From Bdellovibrionota bacterium (GTDB taxonomy: Bacteria > Bdellovibrionota_C > UBA2361 > OMII01): a stretch of DNA of 17,764 nucleotides. Shown in pieces: positions 1 through 8,292 of the stretch. The translations under genes and the position numbers were made by a program. The notes beneath the pieces are model-generated. The model was not told the origin of the DNA. It saw only the letters and a list, made by a program, of their open reading frames with translations, and ran no database searches. How positions within the stretch are numbered: the stretch's first letter is position 1; every line of letters starts with the position of its first letter. The DNA lies in assembly GCA_044345405.1 (NCBI GenBank), contig JBIJBE010000061.1, positions 1 through 17,764 of the forward strand. Direction: 5' to 3'.

Positions 1-370
1 GAACCTCTTGGTCGTATTCAGCCTTCTTCTTATCCTTCAGCATCTCAAGGGCTCGAGCGTCCTTGTTCGCTTGGATATACATCTCTTGGGCTTGAACTAC
101 GGCTTTGCGTGCCTCTTCAACTTTGACGGCCTGCTGTTCGATTAACTTCTGAACTCGAAGCGCGTAGGCATTCGTCAACAAGAGCTCTCCTGCAGTAACT
201 ATGCCATCACCGGCGGCGTTCAACCGAAGGAGCTCCGCCTCTAACCCCCCTAAAACACTCTGCTCTTGGGCTAGAATAGCGTTGCGACGGCCAAGTTCTT
301 GACGCGCCTCGTCACGGATCTGCTCCCGTATGTCAAGGATTCGCTGGAGACGGAATGTAAATCGCTTCAT
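1..370 (-). CDS. fliJ: Flagellar export protein FliJ (3' end runs off the window; not in the ORF track)
   Basis: Manual translation from ATG at 370 gives MKRFTFRLQRILDIREQIRDEARQELGRRNAILAQEQ...ANKDARALEMLKDKKKAEYDQEV. It has the typical FliJ N-terminus (F.FRLQ..LD.R) and coiled-coil character. It lies directly downstream of fliI, with a GGGGG RBS. Confidence 0.9.
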   Translation of the reverse strand, partial: MKRFTFRLQRILDIREQIRDEARQELGRRNAILAQEQSVLGGLEAELLRLNAAGDGIVTAGELLLTNAYALRVQKLIEQQAVKVEEARKAVVQAQEMYIQANKDARALEMLKDKKKAEYDQEV

Positions 371-411
371 AACCCCCGTGGACGAACGTGCTCGCCTCTC
401 TTACAACGAAC

Positions 412-1719
412 CTACCCAACGATCTCCTTCATCGATCGCCAGCAATCCTCAATAGAGCACGGCTTTTCAGCGGACTGCTTGAGGAAGTTCAGAACCTGCT
501 CGTGCTTTTGCACCGCTCTATCCACCCGCGGGTTCTGTCCCGATTTATAGGCGCCGATCGTAATGAGGTCCTCAACCTCCTGATACGAGGCGAGGATATC
601 TCGAACCTCTGAGGCCATCTTAAGAACCTGCGGCTCGACGATGTCCGACATGACACGGGAGATACTTTGAAGAACGTCAATAGCGGGATAATGCCCACGA
701 CTCGCGAGCCTTCGGCTCAGTACCACGTGACCATCAAGGATACCCCGCACGGTGTCGGCCACCGGCTCGTTCATGTCGTCACCCTCTACAAGAACGGTAT
801 ACAGACCGGTAATGCTTCCCTCCCCCTCACATGTTCCCGCGCGCTCGAGAAGGCGGGGAAGGATGGAAAATACGGAGGGTGTGTATCCTCGAGTGCTCGG
901 CGGCTCTCCAACAGCGAGACCAACCTCCCGTTGCGCCATCGCAAGGCGGGTAATGGAGTCGACCATCAACATGACCTTCTTACCCTGATCTCGGAAGTAT
1001 TCAGCGATTGCGGTCGCCACGAACGCCGCTCGAATTCGGAGAAGAGCGGATTGATTTCCGGTCGCGACAACGACGATGGAGCGAGCTAATCCCTCAGGAC
1101 CCAAATCTCGCTCAATAAACTCTCGCACCTCTCTTCCTCGCTCTCCAACAAGCGCAATCACGTTGACATCGCTATGAGAATGCTTTGCTACCATGCCGAG
1201 CAACGTCGATTTACCAACACCGGAACCGGCCATAATCCCCACTCGTTGCCCCTCACCGACGGTGAGGAGACCGTTCATGGCCCGAACGCCGAGGTCAAGG
1301 CAGCTCTTAATACGAGTGCGTGTGACAGGATTCGGTGGATCGCGAAAGAGGGGGACGCTTTCTTTCATCACCGGCAGCGGCTGTCCATCAAGCGCGTTGC
1401 CGAGGGCATCGATAACACGCCCCTGCAAACCAGCGCACACGGCCACCTGATTGGTACCCTCAGACGCCGTAATGGTCGACCCGGGCGCGATACCTTCAAC
1501 CTCCGAGAACGGCATCATAAGGATCCGATCACTTCGAAATCCAACCACCTGCGCTGGAATCACATTCTTACCGGACCGAATCACGACTTGGGAGCCAACA
1601 GGAACGAGGGGGCCAGTCCCCTCAATGATCAAACCGGTCATGTCCGTGACAGTTCCACGCAACTCGTAGTTGCTTACCTGAGATGCCGCCACTAACGCGC
1701 GTTCTAAGAGGTTTTCCAT
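412..1719 (-). CDS. fliI: Flagellar type III export ATPase FliI
   Basis: Walker A (AGSGVGKS), ALVGERGREVREF, DSITRLAMAQREVGLAVGEPP, YTVLVEGDDMNEP and LDGHVVLSR are F1-beta-like FliI/YscN motifs. Located between fliH and fliJ. Confidence 0.97.
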   Translation of the reverse strand: MENLLERALVAASQVSNYELRGTVTDMTGLIIEGTGPLVPVGSQVVIRSGKNVIPAQVVGFRSDRILMMPFSEVEGIAPGSTITASEGTNQVAVCAGLQGRVIDALGNALDGQPLPVMKESVPLFRDPPNPVTRTRIKSCLDLGVRAMNGLLTVGEGQRVGIMAGSGVGKSTLLGMVAKHSHSDVNVIALVGERGREVREFIERDLGPEGLARSIVVVATGNQSALLRIRAAFVATAIAEYFRDQGKKVMLMVDSITRLAMAQREVGLAVGEPPSTRGYTPSVFSILPRLLERAGTCEGEGSITGLYTVLVEGDDMNEPVADTVRGILDGHVVLSRRLASRGHYPAIDVLQSISRVMSDIVEPQVLKMASEVRDILASYQEVEDLITIGAYKSGQNPRVDRAVQKHEQVLNFLKQSAEKPCSIEDCWRSMKEIVG

Positions 1720-1727
1720 CCTACAGC

Positions 1728-2714
1728 CTACCGAACCTTCGTCACGCTCTCTTTAATCCGCTCCCAGGTCTTATCGAGATCGAACTCAACCTCTCCTGAC
1801 GATGTTTCCAGGACGCATCCAGCCCGAATCGTGTCATCTGATTGGAAGCTCCATGAACCATCGAACTCCTTGAATTGACGATCAGGGCTCAACATCTTGA
1901 TGAACTCAAGGTCCTGTGGACTTACTCGAATCGCTTTAATCGTCGCCCCTCCGGTCAACTTAACCGCCTCTTGGATCACTTGGAGGATGTACTCAGGATT
2001 AATCTCAACGATCGTTCCGACGAGCTTACGAGCCACTTGGATCGCGAACTCAACCGCTCGCCGTTCAACCGCCTCCACCTCTTGGCGGATCTGGCCACTC
2101 ATATCATCGATGATAGTTCGATACCGCTCCTCAACCGCCTTAACTTTATCCTCGCTCTCGGCGGCGTATTGAGCAGATAACTCCTGCTGGAGAGCGACTT
2201 TAATCTCCTCAAGGTGTCGCTCATGCTCAGCCTGAACGGCGAGGAGCTCCTCTTCAAATTTTTGGTGGAGAAGTTCAACTTCTGAGGCTAGAACAACAGG
2301 CTCTTCCCGATCGGCTTTTTCCTCGCCCGCCTCAAGAGCCGATTCCTCGCCCTCGTTGGCGACATCCATGTTGCCAGCTAGGTCCTTGGCCGAGGATTCG
2401 TCGAGCGTGGCACCGGCTTCCTCTACGTCACTCGCCGTTACCTCTCTATCCTCGACGAAGGAGGAGGATTCAATCGAAATCTCTTCCTCTACGAAATCCT
2501 GCTCGATGGTGACCAGATTGTCGTAGACGTCGAACATCGGATCGACCATGCGAGGAGCCCCCTCGACAATCGCGAACTGCTGCGGCGAAAACTCAGTCGC
2601 GATCGTACCAGCCGCGACCACCTCGAACTCGGACGCTTGAAAGCCAGAGGGCTTAAAGGTCCGCACGTGCGGGCGTAACGGGTCTGACGTGGTTTGCGGT
2701 TCCTCAGTCGACAT
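1728..2714 (-). CDS. fliH: Flagellar assembly protein FliH, with a long acidic N-terminal region
   Basis: C-terminal FliH domain (AIQVARKLVG...IRVSPQDLE...DDTIRAGCVLETSSGEVE). Directly upstream of fliI, with an AGGAGG RBS. Confidence 0.88.
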   Translation of the reverse strand: MSTEEPQTTSDPLRPHVRTFKPSGFQASEFEVVAAGTIATEFSPQQFAIVEGAPRMVDPMFDVYDNLVTIEQDFVEEEISIESSSFVEDREVTASDVEEAGATLDESSAKDLAGNMDVANEGEESALEAGEEKADREEPVVLASEVELLHQKFEEELLAVQAEHERHLEEIKVALQQELSAQYAAESEDKVKAVEERYRTIIDDMSGQIRQEVEAVERRAVEFAIQVARKLVGTIVEINPEYILQVIQEAVKLTGGATIKAIRVSPQDLEFIKMLSPDRQFKEFDGSWSFQSDDTIRAGCVLETSSGEVEFDLDKTWERIKESVTKVR

Positions 2715-2729
2715 GTGCTACCCTCCTGA

Positions 2730-4490
2730 TTACAGGTGCCCCTCGTTGAGCCAATACCGAATCAGGAGCGCTGCCTGCGCCGGATTCTCCTTCACAAGCC
2801 GGGAGCTCTCAGTCATGATCTCTCCCAACTGCTCCATATCAACCGGGCCATTGAGATCCGGAAGACCTGGCTTGGATGGAACCTGTCCCGGTTGGGCGAA
2901 CTGCTCCCCAGCTCCCCCGCCTGCCTCAGCTTGCGATTGTCCTGCGTCACCGACCGCGAGCCGCTCCCCTGGCGCTCCTAGTGAGCTCACCTGCATTCCC
3001 TGTGGCAACAATCGGGTGATATCTATCTCTGTCTCCTGCGTCGTCGTAAGGAACTTCATCATCGGGCGAAGAACGAAGAGACCGAAGATAACGAGCGCCA
3101 AGAGCGGAACGCTCAACGCGCCGTAGCGATACCACGCGTTCATCTCCGCGGCTTTCGCGAGCTCATCCATGAGCCCATCGTTAGCTTGGAAGAATGGTAT
3201 GTTCTCCACGGTCACAACATCGCCTCGAGTCGAATCGAATCCGATCGCTGACTTCACAACACCCTCTACTTGGGCGAGCATCTCGGGAGTGAGGGGCTTA
3301 AAGACCTTCTCAGTTCGTGTCGCGGCGACCGCGTCTTCAACTACCCCGCCCGCTCCTTGAACTACCACATCCTCATACTTGCCATCGACAAGCACAGCCG
3401 CCGAGAGACGAAGGAGCTTACCTTTCGCCTGCGAACTCTTAATGATAGCTCGCGACACCTCAAAATTCTTTACGTTCTCACGTCGGGTGTTGCTATCCGA
3501 GCCTCCTGATGGTGGCGAGAGAAGCGCCGGGTCGTTACTAAGGTTTGCCGCAACTCCAGGCACACCACCTCGAGCGGCCCCACCACCAACACCCTCTTCG
3601 ATAACACGCTCAGAGCGCGTTACCTGTCCACCGGGATCAAAGCTCTCCTCCTCACGCTCGTTCGATGAGAAGTCGAGGTCCGCTGTCACACGGGCTACAA
3701 CCTTTCCTGGCCCAAGCACCTTCGCCAACATCCCCTCAATGCGCTGCGCGTAGCTCTTCTCGACCTCACGGGTATAGGTCAAACGGGTCGCGTCGGCGCC
3801 GAGCTCATCTCCATCCTCATCCTTTGGGGTAAGGAGATTGCCGTAGACATCGATGATCGTGACGTTCTCAGGCTTCAGCCCCTCAACGCCACTTGCTACA
3901 AAGTTCGCGATACCCCGAATCTGTTTCTTATCAAGCTCGCTGCCAGGCCTGATCTTAAGAAGAACCGAGGCGCCCGGATCCTGAGCCGCTTTCGCGAAGA
4001 TCGTCTTCTCTGGTTGCGAGATATGAACCCGCGCTGAAAGAACGGAATCGAGGGACATGATCGTTCGCTCAAGCTCTCCTTGCAACGCCCGTTGCTTCTT
4101 CACCATCTCGCCCATCGTTGTGGTCGCGAAGCTAGTTCCATCAAAAAGCTCAAAACCGACAGTACCGGTTTTAGGAAGCCCCTCTGAGGCGAGGCTGATA
4201 CGAAGCTCATGAACGGCGTCAGGAGGCGAGACCGATACGGTGCTACCATCGAGCCTGTACTTCGTCTTCATCTCCTTGAGGCGCTCGATCACAGCTCCCG
4301 CGTCGGAGGGATTGAGGTCCGAGTAGAGAACCGTGTAATCCGGCTCGGTCGCCATCTTGGAAACATACACAAGCGCCCAGACAGGAAAGATCACGAGCGC
4401 GGGCACGATGATTTTGTGAGCGATAGGAAGTTTGAGGTATTTCTCAACATACCCCATGAGAATAGCTTTAGGATCAAGCGAAAGTGCCAC
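2730..4490 (-). CDS. fliF: Flagellar MS-ring protein FliF
   Basis: N-terminal TM, YTVLYSDL, GFELFD, ALQGELERTI, SARVHIS, LKPENVTIID, RLSAAVLVDG, AIGFDSTRGDVVTV, a second TM, and C-terminal NPAQAALLIRYWL. GTG start with an AAGGA RBS. Confidence 0.97.
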   Translation of the reverse strand: MALSLDPKAILMGYVEKYLKLPIAHKIIVPALVIFPVWALVYVSKMATEPDYTVLYSDLNPSDAGAVIERLKEMKTKYRLDGSTVSVSPPDAVHELRISLASEGLPKTGTVGFELFDGTSFATTTMGEMVKKQRALQGELERTIMSLDSVLSARVHISQPEKTIFAKAAQDPGASVLLKIRPGSELDKKQIRGIANFVASGVEGLKPENVTIIDVYGNLLTPKDEDGDELGADATRLTYTREVEKSYAQRIEGMLAKVLGPGKVVARVTADLDFSSNEREEESFDPGGQVTRSERVIEEGVGGGAARGGVPGVAANLSNDPALLSPPSGGSDSNTRRENVKNFEVSRAIIKSSQAKGKLLRLSAAVLVDGKYEDVVVQGAGGVVEDAVAATRTEKVFKPLTPEMLAQVEGVVKSAIGFDSTRGDVVTVENIPFFQANDGLMDELAKAAEMNAWYRYGALSVPLLALVIFGLFVLRPMMKFLTTTQETEIDITRLLPQGMQVSSLGAPGERLAVGDAGQSQAEAGGGAGEQFAQPGQVPSKPGLPDLNGPVDMEQLGEIMTESSRLVKENPAQAALLIRYWLNEGHL

Positions 4491-4511
4491 GTTATTCCTT
4501 TAAAAACTGAA

Positions 4512-4829
4512 TCAAACTTGTGTTCGGATTACTTCTTCGTACGCGCGAATGATCTTGCCGCGAATAGCGTTCATCAACTGAAACGCCACGTCGGCTTTCT
4601 CAAGCGCCACCATCGCGCTATGGGGGGTAACTCCCTCTTTCTTGAGTGTGAGTCCCTCGATATTGTCATTGGCCTCGGTCTGAAGATCGTTCACCTCTTT
4701 CAGCGCGTTGTTGAGCATGTCACCGAAGCTGCTCTGCGCGCCTCCCTCTTCAACCTTGGAGGTCTGCTGCGTTGCCGATTTAATGGCCTGCACGTTAGGG
4801 AGAAGTGGGTTGATTCCGTTAATCGACAT
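4512..4829 (-). CDS. fliE: Flagellar hook-basal body complex protein FliE
   Basis: SFGDMLNNALKEVNDLQ...HSAMVALEKADVAFQLMNAIRGKIIRAYEEVIRTQV matches FliE. Located between flgC and fliF. Confidence 0.95.
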   Translation of the reverse strand: MSINGINPLLPNVQAIKSATQQTSKVEEGGAQSSFGDMLNNALKEVNDLQTEANDNIEGLTLKKEGVTPHSAMVALEKADVAFQLMNAIRGKIIRAYEEVIRTQV

Positions 4830-4841
4830 AGTCTAAGTCTC

Positions 4842-5276
4842 CTACGCCTGCGTTAAAATTTTACTCGCCTCACTCTGGAGGTTTCGAGCGGTCTCTACCG
4901 CGGTTACGTTGGCTTGATACAAGCGGCTTGCCGAGAGAAGGTCGGTCATGGTCTGAACCACGTTGATATTTGGATACGCCACGAATCCATTCTTATCGGC
5001 GTCAGGATGCCCCGGCGAGTGCACCATTCGAGGCTCCGCCTGATCCTCGACAACCCCCGTAACGACAGGCTTCTGCATTGAGAGACGATCAAGCGCGGAC
5101 GAAAAGCTGCCTGGTATCGGCTTGGCCACCTGCACCACATCGCGGCGCTTGTACGGTCCACCATCCGGAGTACGGGTTGTCTCGGCGTTCGCGATATTCG
5201 ACGCGAGCGTATTTACCCGCATTCTCGCGGCTGCCATTCCGTTAGCGAGGATTTCGATTGGATTGATGCGAGTCAT
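4842..5276 (-). CDS. flgC: Flagellar basal-body rod protein FlgC
   Basis: ASNIANAETTRTPDGGPYKRR, PGHPDADKNGFVAYPNINVV and ASRLYQANV motifs. Confidence 0.97.
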   Translation of the reverse strand: MTRINPIEILANGMAAARMRVNTLASNIANAETTRTPDGGPYKRRDVVQVAKPIPGSFSSALDRLSMQKPVVTGVVEDQAEPRMVHSPGHPDADKNGFVAYPNINVVQTMTDLLSASRLYQANVTAVETARNLQSEASKILTQA

Positions 5277-5278
5277 AC

Positions 5279-5689
5279 TTATCTAGTCTCTCGTATAGCT
5301 GTTCGAAGTAATCCGATCTGTCTCCGAATGAGTCGCGCGGCGTTCGCGTAATCACCACTGTTTTGCGCTAAGCGTCCCATCTGGAGATCGATATCCACGT
5401 TGTTACCGTCAGGCTTTGTTGCGCCCGAGAGATCAGGAACCAACTTAGAGCTATCGCCTCTCGTCGATTGCGTATCGATATGCCCGGCGTCGGTCTGGGC
5501 GAGAGAACCGCTTTGGGTCTCGAATGCCTTCTCAAGCTCATTGCCGAATGAGACATCGATAGCTCGGTATTGCGGCGTCTCAGCGTTGGCGATATTGGCC
5601 GAGAGGGCTTGATTTCGCTTCCATGTGAGGTCCATGGTGCGTGAAAGCCCTGTCACCGAACGATCAAAAAGTGTATCGAGTAATCGCAT
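5279..5689 (-). CDS. flgB: Flagellar basal-body rod protein FlgB
   Basis: RNQALSANIANAETPQYRAIDVSF and DGNNVDIDLQM motifs. First gene of the operon, with a GAGGTGG RBS. Confidence 0.96.
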   Translation of the reverse strand: MRLLDTLFDRSVTGLSRTMDLTWKRNQALSANIANAETPQYRAIDVSFGNELEKAFETQSGSLAQTDAGHIDTQSTRGDSSKLVPDLSGATKPDGNNVDIDLQMGRLAQNSGDYANAARLIRRQIGLLRTAIRETR

Positions 5690-5715
5690 ATATCCACCTC
5701 TACACGGACGTGGTA

Positions 5716-5731
5716 AGCAAGAGGCGTGCTA
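5716..5731 (-). promoter_or_regulatory. Candidate sigma54 (-24/-12) promoter for the flgB operon
   Basis: Minus strand reads TAGCACG-CCTC-TTGCT against consensus TGGCACG-N4-TTGCW. Spacing is correct, with one mismatch (AG for GG). It ends about 26 nt upstream of the flgB ATG. Confidence 0.65.
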
Positions 5732-5773
5732 TATAAAAACCTAATAACTATGAGCAGTTACAAAGCATTTCGG

Positions 5774-5818
5774 GTGTCAAATGTCTGACACATTCCGTTC
5801 AGCGTCATCATTCCGACA
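5774..5818. promoter_or_regulatory. Two FleQ-type enhancer boxes (GTCA-N6-TGAC) upstream of the flgB promoter
   Basis: 5774-5791 is GTGTCA-AATGTC-TGACAC, with perfect 6-bp inverted arms. 5803-5818 is CGTCA-TCATTC-CGACA. Both are in the usual enhancer position upstream of the -24 element. Confidence 0.6.
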
Positions 5819-7244
5819 CACGGGCCCCCTCGCCGCCCTCATCGGTGTAACGGTGGCCTTGGCTGGCATCTCCCTTCGAGTCTTGGCGACCGGGGGCGAG
5901 TTATGGCTCGACGAGATATGGTCACTTCTCAAGGTTCATGCCCTCTCAACGCCGGTAGAGATCGTCACTAAGGTTAAACACGACAACAATCACCTCTTGA
6001 ACAGTCTGTGGATGTGGCTTTTGGGCCCCGTCCAATCACCTCAGATCTATCGGGCCCCTTCGCTGATCGGTAGCGCGCTTCTCCTGATGGTCCTCGCACT
6101 TAAGAAGCCAGCGAACGAAACGTCTCGGTTATGGACGATCTGGCTCACGCTCGTCGCGTTCTCCTATCCCCTCACCCTGTACGGCACAGAGGCACGAGGG
6201 TACTCCCTCACGCTCCTGTGCGCGGCCGTGGCATTCATGGCACTCAACCGACTCGTCACAGAGCCATTCGATCGCCGGGCGGTTCTGACGTTCGCGACCA
6301 CCGGGATCGTCGGCTGCCTCTCGCACGCCATCTACGCGCTCTTTCTCGCCCCCTCCGTAGCGTGGCTCCTCTGGCGGGTCACCCGCCCCCCGTTGGCGAG
6401 TAATTCACGCGCTGTCCTATGGCTCGGTATCGTGCCCCCCGTTCTGTTCGCGTGCGTGTTAACCCTCACCTTCTATAGAAACATGGAGATTGGGGGCGCC
6501 CCACTCCTTCCCTACCTTGAGGTGGCGGCCTCCGCGATATCTGTTTCATTTGGCGGTGAAACCCTTTCATCGATCGACCCGACAGTTACCGGATGGAACC
6601 TCTTTCTGGGAATCGGCGTGATCCTCGTCTGCGTCACGGAGCTCGTCTCGTGGATACGGAGCGGCTCCCCCATGGCTCCCCTTGTTGCCCTCATTCTCAT
6701 CACGCCGTGGATAACCGTGAGCGTCTTACAACCTCACTTCATCCTCGCCCGTTACTTCATTATTCAGATCTTCTTCGCCTATCTCCTTGCGGCTCGATTC
6801 CTCGACCGACTCATTCGACAGGGTCACGTCGGAACTGGCGTGGCGCTCCTCCTCCTTGCCGGCTTCATCGTCGGCAACACCTCACGCACCTTCGCGCTTG
6901 CCGCATTCGGGCGCTCTCATTTCGTTGAGATCTTTGAGACGCTCGTCACTCGCAGCGATGACGCTATGCCCGTTACCATTGGCGGCGATCAGGATTTTCA
7001 AAACGGGTTACGACTCTCCTACACACGAATACTGGAGCCCTCGACATCACGACTTACCTATGTGCCCAACTACCGAGTAGCGACTACCCCACCCCGATAT
7101 ATCGTAAGGGAAACTTTGGAGAGCTATGAGGTTATGCCCCAGGATTTTTCCCTCTCTTCAGGAGCACAGTACGAGGCGATTCAAAGGTATCGCGCGCCTC
7201 AATTGAACGGATCACACGTCACCGTGTATGAGCTCAGGAATTGA
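5781..7244 (+). CDS. Polytopic membrane glycosyltransferase, GT-C fold (PMT/ArnT-like)
   Basis: First TM is followed by LR...ELWLDEIWS (the DE motif in the first external loop), then HDNNHLLNSLW, YGTEARGYSL and ARYF. Many hydrophobic segments and a soluble C-terminal domain. The RBS is weak, so the start is somewhat uncertain. Confidence 0.75.
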   Translation: MSDTFRSASSFRHTGPLAALIGVTVALAGISLRVLATGGELWLDEIWSLLKVHALSTPVEIVTKVKHDNNHLLNSLWMWLLGPVQSPQIYRAPSLIGSALLLMVLALKKPANETSRLWTIWLTLVAFSYPLTLYGTEARGYSLTLLCAAVAFMALNRLVTEPFDRRAVLTFATTGIVGCLSHAIYALFLAPSVAWLLWRVTRPPLASNSRAVLWLGIVPPVLFACVLTLTFYRNMEIGGAPLLPYLEVAASAISVSFGGETLSSIDPTVTGWNLFLGIGVILVCVTELVSWIRSGSPMAPLVALILITPWITVSVLQPHFILARYFIIQIFFAYLLAARFLDRLIRQGHVGTGVALLLLAGFIVGNTSRTFALAAFGRSHFVEIFETLVTRSDDAMPVTIGGDQDFQNGLRLSYTRILEPSTSRLTYVPNYRVATTPPRYIVRETLESYEVMPQDFSLSSGAQYEAIQRYRAPQLNGSHVTVYELRN

Positions 7245-7269
7245 AGTTCTCAGAGAACCCGTCTCACCT

Positions 7270-8016
7270 TTATTTGTTTTTCCAACGGTAGGAGGCTCGT
7301 CCCGACCCTTGACCAGGGAGTACGATGGCGTTCGCTTCGCGCAAGATTCGTTGGTATCGAAGTTGAGAGGCAGAAGAGAGTGACTTAGGAGAGAGCCGCC
7401 GCGGAGCGGGAAGGATCGCCGCAAGCGCCGCGGCTTCACGAATATCGAGCTGATTGGCCGACTTCTTGAAGTAGTGGCGAGAAGCGGCCTCAAGGCCATA
7501 CACCCCTTGCCCCCACTCAATAACATTAAGGTACAATTCGAGGGTACGTCGCTTACCCCACACAACTCCCGCGATGGGAGCCATCACCGCCTCAATCCCC
7601 TTTCGAAGGTAACTTCGCCCCGGCCATAGGAAGACGTTCTTCACCGTCTGCATCGTGATCGTGCTTGCGCCACGGGGCTTTGACCGTTCATCCGAATCAT
7701 CGATAGCGTCCTCGACCGCTGAGAGATCGACCCCCCAGTGGTCAGTGAAACGAGAGTCTTCGGCCGCAACAACCGCCTGTTGCACATGGACCGGAAAATA
7801 GGACAACGGCTTCCACTCCCACCCCTTCCATCCAGGCTCCCCGTGCGACCAATACTCAACCGCTCGGATGATCATGAGGGGAGTAACAGGCGGGGCTACA
7901 ATTCGGAAAATTATGACCGAAGCGAGCCACACGACGCAGATATTCCGCGCCCATCTCCACACGAGAGAGGGCCAACGGGATGTGCGCGAGATAGAAAGTG
8001 TGCGACCACGGGCCAT
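7270..8016 (-). CDS. mtgA: Monofunctional peptidoglycan transglycosylase (GT51)
   Basis: N-terminal TM plus GT51 motifs AAEDSRFTDHWGVD, RGASTITMQTVKNVFLWPGRSYLRKGIE, KRRTLELYLNVIEWG and AAALAAILP. No transpeptidase domain. Confidence 0.93.
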   Translation of the reverse strand: MARGRTLSISRTSRWPSLVWRWARNICVVWLASVIIFRIVAPPVTPLMIIRAVEYWSHGEPGWKGWEWKPLSYFPVHVQQAVVAAEDSRFTDHWGVDLSAVEDAIDDSDERSKPRGASTITMQTVKNVFLWPGRSYLRKGIEAVMAPIAGVVWGKRRTLELYLNVIEWGQGVYGLEAASRHYFKKSANQLDIREAAALAAILPAPRRLSPKSLSSASQLRYQRILREANAIVLPGQGSGRASYRWKNK

Positions 8017-8128
8017 GCCCTACGTTGTAGCGCAAAAAGGGGTGGAATTGATAGCCGGGGTGTTAGGTGTTCGTACACGTGGCCGTTGCCCGAAGGGGTG
8101 TAATGCCCGCCAAGATTGGCCTAGTCCG

Positions 8129-8292
8129 GACGTGAACGTGCTCGTGCACGTAATCGTGAACATACCCGGGCCACGAGGCATTTCAGCTCAAGATCTATGG
8201 AAAAGGCACCACGCCTACCATTGAAGCCTGACCTAAACGGCGCTATTTCGGGTACGTTCACGTTCACGTTTACGAGCTCGTTCACGTGAGCG
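8129..8292. repeat. Inverted pair of degenerate hexamer-repeat arms (REP/REPIN- or MITE-like element 1)
   Basis: Left arm 8129-8168 is GA-CGTGAA-CGTGCT-CGTGCA-CGTAAT-CGTGAA-CATACCCG. Right arm 8249-8292 is CGGGTACG-TTCACG-TTCACG-TTTACG-AGCTCG-TTCACG-TGAGCG, in reverse-complement orientation. The spacer is 80 bp of unique sequence. Confidence 0.85.

Noticed and set aside
2180-2714. Idea that the long FliH N-terminus is a fused FliG remnant
   Set aside because: The region is acidic and low complexity, with no FliG-like motifs (no EHPQ or MFxF) visible.
412-5689. Non-flagellar injectisome (T3SS) interpretation
   Set aside because: FlgB, FlgC, FliE and a full-length two-TM FliF are flagellum-specific. 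No secretin or SctJ-type lipoprotein is in the window.
7247-7259. GTTCTC-A-GAGAAC palindrome between the convergent GT-C and mtgA stops as a bidirectional terminator
   Set aside because: The stem is short with a minimal loop and no adjacent U-tract, too weak to call.
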